This document shows, piece after piece, positions 1 to 9,865 of a stretch of 64,000 nucleotides of DNA. The position numbers and the translations under genes were made by a program. Source of the DNA: Pecten maximus (Eukaryota); the NCBI RefSeq assembly GCF_902652985.1, contig NC_047020.1, forward strand, positions 12,400,001 through 12,464,000. Reading direction: 5' to 3'. The notes under the pieces were generated by a model. It saw only the letters and a program-made list of their open reading frames with translations. It was not told the DNA's origin and ran no database searches. Positions within the stretch are counted from its first letter, which is position 1. Each line of letters starts with the position of its first letter.

Positions 1-361
1 CTGACCGGACATGCCACGTGCTTGAGACTCGGGGTAAACTACATTTATTTCATTTATATGGTTAGTTGTGATTAAACGATGGTTGGCGTATGTTTTAGGC
101 TAGACGTATATAACTGCAAACTCCTCACTGTGTCTCACGGGTATTATTTTGGTACTTTATTTTTACACATGTTAATAAATTGTTGAACTTTATATGACGA
201 GTCTATTTTCCTTCTCACCAGTTTACTAAATACTGTCTATTACTTGAAAATTCATTTGTATTTGGAATCTGCAAGCGAAAGCGGCAGTCGAACCCTGGGC
301 AAAAACTTGGTAGCAGTTCGACACACGTGGCACCCCTGCGGTACACGTGCTGCGCGTTACA
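1..361 (+). repeat. 5' LTR (3' part only) of the SGNH-carrying element
   Basis: About 98% identical to 7517-7880; ends ...GCGTTACA; contains AATAAA near 174. Confidence 0.85.
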
Positions 362-363
362 AT

Positions 364-381
364 TGGAACCTCCGGCGGGAC
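364..381 (+). promoter_or_regulatory. Putative primer-binding site TGGAACCTCCGGCGGGAC
   Basis: Starts with TGG (complement of tRNA CCA) 2 nt after the LTR end. The cognate tRNA was not identified; it loosely resembles an Arg-type PBS. Confidence 0.55.
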
Positions 382-878
382 CCGTTTATTTTTGTGATAT
401 TGCGGTCTCCGTTTTGTAAAGTAAAACAGTAGTTTTTTATTAAGGAATAAATTTGGATGTAATATTGAGCTTGCAGGGATAACTTTGGTTAAAAAAACCC
501 TGGTGAGAATGGAAGGTTCTGAAAGGATGGGCGACGGATTTATCGAGGGGAAGGCACTGGTTAGTAGGGGGATGGGGGTAATAGATAATCCTTTGGAACT
601 TAAACCGGAGTTTGAATTTATTGGGATGCCCAGCCCCTCGGGCCGGGGGACGTCATAGGCGTCCGCCGACTGGATGAGGTCGGGGGCCTATGACCTCACC
701 TTATTAGAATTTTCACTTCCTGTAGTGTAGGATATTTATGGTATGATAATGTTAGTCATAATTATATAGCTAATAGGTTATTTTTTTTGTTTACTTTCAT
801 GTAAAATCCTGTGTTGCTGGCGCCCCCTCTAACCTGGGGGAGGGAACCACGGAAGAGGACCCAGGCCCCTGTAACCAT

Positions 879-1358
879 ATGGAGCTCCAACAAATGACCA
901 CGCGTGGTAGACCTGCCCGGACATAGACACTCGGCTTCCAGAGGTACCATGATCATGACCTTAGACAGCACATGCATATGGCGTTTGATCAACTGATGGT
1001 GCATGTGAAACAAAACCACATAGGAACTGCATACAAACTTTTGCAAAATACCTTGAATGGCCGCCAGGGTTGAGCTGTATGGTGGTGGATGTGAACACAG
1101 GACATTGGGGTAGTCAACTTTGCCCCCTGGTTGACCGTGACCCCCAACCGCGCAGTGCTTTATATATATATGTGACTGGAAGGTCCATCCGAAGACGTCT
1201 GGAGGAACTTTCATAAAAATATAACGGGTACAGTTGTTCTAATACATGTGGTGGTTGAGTGAAGTTGTTCGCACGGGCAGGCAACATGGGCAGGGGCCTG
1301 GAGGACACTGGAGTCGACCCCTGGAATTCCTTCCCTTCCCCAGGAGGTGTGCCAGTGA
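879..1358 (+). pseudogene. Decayed ~160-codon ORF of unknown function inside the LTR element
   Basis: One frame reads MELQQMTTRG...QEVCQ* with 4 internal TGA and 1 TAG, each a single C>T step from CGA/CAG. The in-register antisense frame is open over 762-1214. Confidence 0.4.
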
Positions 1359-1489
1359 CACTTTAGTGACAGTAATACCATGGATGGTAATTATAGTTGT
1401 ATTAATCTGGATGTGAGGAGTATGGTAATGTATTGAGGTGAATTGTAACAATTCTTTTCTTCTTTTTTTTATTGTAGGTACAATTAAAC

Positions 1490-2061
1490 ATGGATAGACA
1501 GGTAACAGGCAAGGTGGCCCTTGTGGGGCATAGTTTTGTCAACCGGGTGGGGGGTTTGATAAAGACTAACAGGGGTGGGCATTATAGGGAGAATTTCGGA
1601 TTGAGGGAAGTGGAGGTTAGGATGTATGGCAGGTCCGGGGGGAGGATATGGGACGTAGTCGGGTTATATTTTTAGTGGACACTATGATTGGGGAGGGATT
1701 TCGGCCAGGGGTGGTTATTCTACAAATTGGGGGGAACGACCTAGATTCACGGGGGGAGGGGTGGAAGCAGTTTATGGGGGTACTGCGAATGGTTTTAGAT
1801 AAGTTGGATAGGTGGGGGGTGGCCCGTGTTGCGAGGGAATACCCTCATACCCGGTTTCGGGCAGTAACTGGGGCGCGCCGGGCGCGTCTCAACTTTGCCA
1901 TGTCCCTTGAGCTCAGGGACCGTGGGCAAAGTTGGGTCGCCCGGAGGCGCCTCATGTCCCCTCGATTGCTGGCCGATGGGGTTCACCTGAACCCAACCGG
2001 CATGAGGAGATACTACCATGAGCTGCAGCACGTGGCCATCAGGGAGTTGAGAAAGATTTAG
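1490..2061 (+). pseudogene. SGNH/GDSL hydrolase (esterase) of about 190 aa, split by one frameshift near the T-run at 1669-1673
   Basis: Block I VALVGHSF and block II GRSGG lie in ORF 1490-1675. Block III LQIGGND and block V DGVH lie in ORF 1648-2061. Adding one T to the T-run joins them. Confidence 0.85.
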
Positions 2062-4012
2062 TTTAGGGGGGGTTCTGAAGTAGGTAGAATGGGAGTGGGG
2101 GGTTAGACATAAACTGGATACTGGAGGGGGGAGGGGGAAAGAATTTTTCAATAGTTGGGTGTATGGAGTCACTTTATTTGTAGTATTGTGTAAGTGATCA
2201 CTAAATGTATTATTTACTAGATATTGGGGCTCAATCAGAGATGACGGGGGGGGGGGGGGTGTTCAGTAAGGGTATTGTAGATTTTTTTTCTTAGCTGGGA
2301 GGTCACCGGTTTGGGGTTGTCCCTTCCGTGGCTAGAGTTGATATGACCAACACAGGGTATGGGCGACTGCATGGTTATAGATAGGTTGGGTGGGTATAGG
2401 CTGCTACTGCGTCAACTCTGATCGGGCAAGATATTTAGTTCAAGGAGGAAGTTAAGATTGTTTTAGAATGTCTATAGTGGTTAATTATGTATAATGGGAG
2501 TGGCTTCCCCAAATTTAGTCAGGGTGGGGGTTAAGTGCTGACACCGGACAAAAGTCCATGTTTTTTTTTCATTTTTGGGTTTAATTTTTATGTTTGAATT
2601 GTAGTGTGTAATGTTATTTTTTTGGTGTAATATTTAGTTATGGAGGTGAACTACAGCTAAATCCCTGCAAACTAACAGTTGTTGCTGGACCCCTGACCAA
2701 TGTGCTTACTCTACATGTGCGAAATTTATAAATAAATTACATCCTTGAGGTTTCTCTCCAGTTAAATTTAAGGTCATTAACTGTTCTATAAGGAACACCT
2801 AGTTCTCCTAAAATTGATATTTGGCCACAGGGTTCCTGTAAGAAATTACCAGTTATACCTAGAATTTGCTCTCTACTAATGAAATAAGACACTTGTCTAC
2901 ATATTATTGAGTATAACCCAGCATCAACTGTGAAAGTCTAGGTTTTTTTTATTGTGTTAAGTTTGGTTGCACAGTGGAAAGTAACATGTGCAATTTGTTA
3001 ATGTTATGTGTAACCTTATTTTTTTTTATGTGACTAGATGTTATATGGTTACTATATCCCTATTGAAGAACAGGCTGGAAAATAGAAAAGAAATGTCAAT
3101 ATTCATTTTTGGAATTTGAAATACTTATGTGCTCAGGAGTGAATCAAAATGCTCAAGGGTCAAATATTCAATGCTCAAAAAGCTCAAGGCCCAAATATTG
3201 AATCTCAAAATGCTGAAAGCCAAATGTCAATGCTCAAGGCTTAAATACTAAACATATACTTTGTTTATACTTGAATCTCAATATGCTTGAGATCCAGAAC
3301 TTGAATGGAAATGCTCAAGGTCTAAATATTCCATGCTCAGAGTGCTTGAGGCCTAATTATCAATGCTAAACACATTTATGCATTGTTTTATACTGGGCCA
3401 AAGAAATGCTGCCAGGAAAAAAACAAAACAAAAATATTGTTTTATATTATTACGAAATGCTGAATCATGTAAACTGGCAAATACAATAGGCAAGCATGGT
3501 TTATATTAGGCATAGGAAATGCTGAATCCTGTAAACTGGCAACTATAATGGGCGAGCATCTCTGATGTAAAATCATAATTTGGAAGGAAATTTATGTGAA
3601 AACATACAAGGATGTTGAGTATGTCCACTATACAGAATTGTGTAATCCGAAATGACACCTTGAACTAGATTATTCCCAGGAGCTTGAAAGAAACACTGTA
3701 TAAGAAGCAGTTGAACTTTTACAATTTAACATTCTCTGAATAGACATTTTATGGGAAGTTTGTCATTTTGACAATTTTTGATGATCATGACTTAGGGTGC
3801 TATATGATCACCCCTGTACTAATTGCCTGTAAAACTAACTTTGTCCTTGTAGATTGACAATACAAAGGAAATATAGGTGTAATTATTGATCATGAATTGA
3901 TATTGTGTTAACTACAATGCATAAGAATCTAATTTAAATGATACAAATGTATATGTGTTGATATAACTAAAATTGTGTGATTGTAAAACCTGATTGCAGG
4001 GAGTCGCCTCCA

Positions 4013-5030
4013 TTTTTAGCTCACCTGGTCCGAAGGACCAAGGTGAGCTTATGCCATACCGTGGCGTCCGTCCGTCTGTCGTCCGTCCGTCAACAATTGA
4101 CTGACTTGACTTCTTCTTCATAACCGCTGATCAGAATTTCACTAAATTTGGTCAGAAGCATCCTTATGGGTAGGGGACTCAAAATTGTACAAATGATGGG
4201 GCTGACCCCCAGGGGGCCTCTGGGGCGGGGCCAAAAGGGGTCTATTTAGCTATTTTGATATAAACGACTTCTTCTCTGAAACCGAGCAATGGATATCTCT
4301 CATATTTGCCTGGTAGCATCACTACTGAGTGGGGACTCAAAATTGTACAAATGGTGGGGCTGACCCCCCGGGGCGCTGAGGGGCGGGACCAAACAGGGTC
4401 AATTTGGCTAAATTGATATAAACAACTTCTCCTCTGAAACTAAGCAATGGATATCTCACGTATTTGCCTTGTAGCACCTACTTGGGGTAGGAATTCAAAA
4501 TTGTACAAATGGTGGGGCTAACCCCCAGGGTGTCTTAGGGGCGGGGCCAAAAAGGGCCAGTTTGGCTAGATTGATATAAACCGACTTCTCCTCTGAAACT
4601 AAGCAATGGATATCTCACATATTTGACTGGTAATATCCCCTTGGGGTAGGGATTCAAAATTGTACAAATGATAGGGCTGACCCCCCTGAGGGCTGAGGGG
4701 CGGGCCAGAAGGGATTAATTTGCCTAAATTGATATAAACAACTTCTTCTCTGAAACTAAGCAATGGATATATATATATCGCTCATATTCGCCTTGTAGCA
4801 TCCCCTTGGGGTAGAGATTCAAAATTGTGACAATTGGTGGGGCTGCCCCCTGGGGAGCTGAGGGGCGGGGCCAAAAGGGATCAATTTGGCTAAATTGACA
4901 TTTTTAGAATTACAATAAAAACAATGTTCATGTAACCATATAAAATGCCTATGATATATTGACATAGCAATACCAGTGGCAAATATCTCATGAAACCAGG
5001 TGAGCGATACAGGCCTCTGGGCCTCTTGTT
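4013..5030 (+). mobile_element. Helentron-type non-autonomous element (HINE/DINE-1-like), copy 1, about 5 internal ~158-bp repeats
   Basis: 5' hairpin AGCTCACCT-GGTCCgaaGGACC-a-AGGTGAGCT; (GTCC)n-type microsatellite; tandem ~158-bp units; 3' subterminal IR CCAGGTGAGC; 3' stem-loop AGGCC...GGCCT; T-rich flanks. Confidence 0.8.
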
Positions 5031-5270
5031 ATATGTTGTACCAGAACGTTGTTATCTGGTGTATTTTTGTGAAAAATGAAATGTATCGTGGGCCAGTGAG
5101 GAACTTCTTCTCTTGTGAACTTAATTCTTTTTTTTTTCTCCTGGTAAGCAGTTAGGTAACATGTTGATGTGGCAACTGATGTCCAGCTTTTTCACCTAGA
5201 TTATCTCCCTTTGGCTGTTTGTAAATTATCTCCCCTTTGACTGTTACCGGATACGGGTCGTAGCCTATTC

Positions 5271-5286
5271 AGGTGGTTGGGGGGTA
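5271..5286 (+). promoter_or_regulatory. Polypurine-tract-like sequence
   Basis: AGGTGGTTGGGGGGTA directly precedes the 3' LTR start TGTAACGC. Confidence 0.6.
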
Positions 5287-7880
5287 TGTAACGCAGTTGC
5301 GTTCCGCTCGTTTATTTTTGGACTCATTCCGGAAAATTGTAACATCCGGTCACGTAAGATACCCGTGCTGCTGTGGGGTCAATCACTTTTCGTTCGGGTG
5401 TCAGCAGGGTAAGTGGTGTTGACTTTTAATATGTGAAATTAATTAAATAACCGTCGCCCATCCTTTCCTAAATTTCATATTAATTTGTCTGCTGGATATT
5501 ATTTGCCACTATCGTACATGTATTTTTAGCTCACCTGGTCCGAAGGACCAAGGTGAGCTTATGCCATACCGTTGCGTCCGTCGTCCGTCCGTCCGTCAAC
5601 AATTGACTTCTTCATAACCACACATCAGAATTTGACCCAAATTTGGTCAGAAGCATCCCTATGGGTAGGGGACTCAGAATTGTACAAATGATGGGGCTAA
5701 CCCCCTGGGGGCCTCTGGGGCGGGGCCAAAAGGGGTCATTTTTGCGCTATTGATATAAACGACTTCTTTTCTGAAACCAAGCTATGGCTATCACTCATAT
5801 TTGCCTGGTAGCATCACTATGGGGTGGGGATTCAAAATTGTACAAATCATGGGGCTGACTCCCCAGGGACCTGAGGGGCGGGGCCAAATGTGGTCAATCT
5901 GGCTATATTGATATAAACGACTTCCTCTCTGAAACCAAGCAATGGCTATCGCTCATATTTGGCTGGTAGCATCATTATGGGGTGGGGATTCAAAATTGTA
6001 CAAATGATGGGGCTGACCCCCCAGGGGCCTGAGGGGTGGGGCCGAATGTGGTCAATTTGGCTATATTGATATAAACGACTTCTTCTCTGAAACTGAGCAA
6101 TGCCTGTCACTCATATTTGCCTGGTAGCATCACTATGGGGTTGGGATTTAAAATTGTACAAATGATGGGACTGAACCACCAGGGGCCTGAGGGGCGGGCC
6201 AAATGTGGTCAATCGGGCTATATTCATATAATTGACTTCTTCTCTGGAACCAAACAATGGATATCTCATATTTCACTGGTAGCATCACCTTGGGGTAGGA
6301 ATTTGAAATTGTACAAATGACAGGGCTGACCCCCTGGGGTCTGAGGGGCGGGGCCAAAAGGGGTCAGTTTTACAGAATTGATATAAACGACTTCTGCTCT
6401 GAAACTAAGCAATGGATATCACTCATATTTACCTGGTAGCATCCCTATGGAGTTGGGATTCAAAAATTGTACAAATGGTGGGGCTGACCCCCAAGGGGTC
6501 TGAGGGGCTGGCCAAAAGGGGTCAATTTGGCTCTCTCAATATAAACGACTTCTTCTCTGAAACCAGGCAATGGATATCGCTCATATTTGCCTGGTAGCAT
6601 CACTATGGGGTGGGGATTAAAAATTGTACAAATGATGGAGCTGACCCCCCGGGGGCCTGAGGGGCGGGGCCAAATGTGGTCAATTGGGTTATATTGATAT
6701 TAGCGACTTCTTCTCTGAAACCAAGCAATGGATATTGCTCATATTTGCCAGGTAGCATCACTATTGGGTGGGCATTCAAAATTGTACAAATGGTGAGGCT
6801 GACCCCCCGGGGGCCTGAGGGGCGGGGCCAAGAGAGGTCAATTTGGCTGAATTGATATGAACAACTTCTCTGAAACTAAGCAAGAGATATTGCTCATATT
6901 TGCCTGGTAGCATCCTTTTGGGTAGGGATTCAAAATTTTATAAAGGAAGGAACTGACCCCCACTCTCCCCGGGGTGCAGAAGGCGGGGTCAAAAGGGGTC
7001 AATTGGTTTAAACAACTTCTTTTCTGAAACTAAGCAATGGATATCACTCACATTTGTGTGGTAGCATCCATATGGGGTTGTGCCAAAAGTTCATTTTATT
7101 TCATGGATTAATGTATTTTTTGACATCAAATCCTCACGTACCCATATAAGATGCCTATGATATATTGACATAGCAATACCAGTGACAAATATACTTAATC
7201 ATCATTCTTGTTTCATATCTCATGAAATCCAGGTGAGCGATACAGGCCCTCTGGGCCTCTTGTTATTTTCACGTGTAGTATTTTGATGTATTTTCGATGT
7301 ATAGAACTTTGTTTAATTTGAGTCTCGTGTGCCGGTGTTATGTCGGAAGTCAGGTTGTTGCTTGAAGGAATTATTCCATTTTGAGAGTACTCGCGGAGTG
7401 ACTAGTGAATATTTCCGCCTCTCGGGCTGTTTCTATACCGGTTAAGCGAGGGATGGTTGTTGGTAACCTCGTAAGTAGATACGGGAGAAAAGACGGGTGG
7501 TTAGCAAATGTGTATTCTGACCGGACATGCCACGTGCTTGAGACTCGGGGTAAACTACATTTATTTCATTTATATGGTTAGTTGTGATTAAACGATGGTT
7601 GGCGTATCTTTTAGGCTAGACGTATATAACTGTAAACTCCTCACTGTGTCTCGCGGGTATTATTTTGGTACTTTGTTATTTTTACACATGTTAATAAATT
7701 GTTGAACTTTATATGACGAATCTATTTTCCTTCTCACCAGTTTACTAAATACTGTCTATTACTTGAAAATTCATTTGTATTTGGAATCTGCAAGCGAAAG
7801 CGGCAGTCGAACCCTGGGCAAAAACTTGGTAGCAGTCCGACACACGTGGCACCCCTGCGGTACACGTGCTGCGCGTTACA
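5287..7880 (+). repeat. 3' LTR (about 850 bp net), interrupted by a HINE
   Basis: TGTAACGC...GCGTTACA termini; distal 364 bp match 1-361; 5523-7264 is an insertion. Confidence 0.75.
5523..7264 (+). mobile_element. Helentron-type non-autonomous element (HINE), copy 2, about 9 internal ~158-bp repeats
   Basis: Same 5' hairpin, microsatellite, repeat unit, 3' subterminal IR and 3' stem-loop as 4013-5030. Confidence 0.8.
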
Positions 7881-8779
7881 ATATTATATTTAATATTATT
7901 CCATATGAACATTGAAGCTCTAACATCGTGAGCAAGTCTGAGGATTATTTTCTTTACCAATTTGCGCCCCGTCTATTACAAATGTGTAAAGTAACTGATT
8001 TTAGAAATTTGAATGGTCGGACTCCAGGAATACTGCCAGTAATTTCACATTTTATAAAGCTTTAGGTTCCAATACTATAGACTATGTCCTTGCCAATAGA
8101 GGTCTTATGAATATTGTTAGAATGTTGAAAAACGCGTGTTTTCTTTTCGGCGGAAGTATATGATCTCGTTAAGTGACGAACCATATGGCCGATTCGGTTT
8201 TTTCGTATAATAAGTCAAGCATGATCATGTTTAAAAGTAACAGTCGAAACGAACAATGTTTTAACCCCGAAAATATCTACAAAAACAGCAAAGTTGATGG
8301 TATAAGCCCGTCCATCACTTTATAAAGGATATACCGGTATTTAATTATTTATAGTCCGAACTCTAAGGTAATAGTCGCTTTAGACATTTTAAAGCCACAC
8401 CTTTTTTTTTAATAAATATTCTGACATCTAGATCTCCATTCCTTTTAATCTTGAGTGCAGCCACCAGTAGCTGTAAGTGTTATGAAACAAGTAATACATT
8501 TCTGTATAGTCAGTTCTATGACATGGAAAGGTGAGATGCTAGGATGAATTCTGCCAAACGTGTTAATGAATATAAGGAATTAACTTTTAGGTCATTGAAT
8601 GAGTTAGCGAATACCAGAGACATATATATCTGTATATATGTCTCTGCGAATACCAAAGACAGCATTGATTCTTGTCTACATGTGTTGCTGAATAACGTCC
8701 ATTCTGTTTTTGATAAGTTTTGTTCAAAGGATAAAATTGTGGTTACGTGATTCTGTTTAAGATACTATATATGATTGAA

Positions 8780-8925
8780 TTATTATATTCTGTTTATCAT
8801 TAGCCCATTGCTAAATTTTGCATATGTATAATTGTATTACGGAGAGGACATTGATAACTTGTGATAACTTGCGTCCAATCCTTTGGTGTATTGTTAGCAA
8901 TAAACTTGACTTAAATTCAAATTCT
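8780..8925 (+). mobile_element. Possible 3' tail of a non-LTR retrotransposon (CR1/L2 group)
   Basis: GAGAGGAC...GCGTCCAATCC...AATAAACTTGACTT resembles LINE 3' UTR and tail layouts; no clear ORF upstream. Confidence 0.25.
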
Positions 8926-9693
8926 TGAAAAGTAAAATATGTTATGATATGTATATGTATTTAATGGTTATCACATGTTTCTCATCGTGAGCTCATGATC
9001 GCGCAGGTGGTCAATACATCTCCTCCGCGAGCGACCGATGAGAAAATTGTTCGAACGACAACTACTGAAATAACACACCAACAGCAACGAAGCACATGTT
9101 GATGTGATTATCGTCTTTCAATGTCAATGTTACATTCGAATGTCGGCGGAGTAATATGTAATGTTCAATGAATTTAATAAAACAAAACAAACAAAATAAG
9201 CTTAATGCCAATTTACTCTAAATATGCATACTAATGACTGAATTATGCTTCTGTTTCTAAATGATGCACTTGTTAATTGAAAAAAATAAATCTAAACGGA
9301 TTATTTTTTTCGGCGCAGTAGTACAACACTTTGTGTGTCTTACGACTCGCAGCTGGTACGATGGAAATGACCCCGATCAACAGACCCAAGTCAGCTAGCA
9401 ACTTACAATAAGAAAATGACATATTTTACACTACAATTTTAAATATCTATACGTCAGGTAATTTTCTCAAACTAATCTAGTCACTGTCAATCACACAAAT
9501 TCGTCTTTTCTTCGGCAGAAACGTCACAGCACGTGCAGTTTCCTACCAGAGGTTTTTCTCAAGTCGTTCTTGTTTTTATCAGAGGAAATAATGTATTTCT
9601 CATGTATTTAGTAGCTGGTATATTTTAGTATACAAATGATATATTATAATCCTATATATATTAGGTATATATGTATATATATATATTCCTATA

Positions 9694-9865
9694 GTGTCCA
9701 TGTGTACGACGCTACCGTGTCCATGTTTGTTACACTTCCGTGTCCATGTTTGTTACCTTTCGTGTCCGTGTTTGTTACCTTTCGTGTCCGTGTTTGTTAC
9801 ACTTCCGTGTCCATGTTTGTTACCTTTCGTGTCCGTGTTTGTTACGCTTCCGTGTCCATGTTTGC
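9694..9865. repeat. 22/23-bp minisatellite (CGTGTCCATGTTTGTTACACTTC), about 7 copies
   Basis: Direct tandem repetition; explains the overlapping low-complexity ORFs at 9636-9992. Confidence 0.9.

Larger units (their letters stand above)
1..7880 (+). mobile_element. Non-autonomous LTR retroelement (5' LTR cut by the window edge) carrying an SGNH hydrolase gene; no recognisable gag or pol
   Basis: 1-361 repeats at 7517-7880 (about 5 substitutions plus one 3-bp indel). The 3' LTR begins TGTAACGC at 5287 and ends GCGTTACA at 7880 (8-bp terminal inverted repeat). A TGG-initiated PBS-like site lies 2 nt after the 5' LTR, and a purine-rich tract lies just before 5287. Confidence 0.8.

Noticed and set aside
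762-1214. 150-aa minus-strand ORF
   Set aside because: No recognisable motif; better explained as the in-register antisense shadow of the decayed plus-strand ORF at 879-1358.
1795-2172. 125-aa minus-strand ORF
   Set aside because: Antisense to the SGNH gene and of low complexity.
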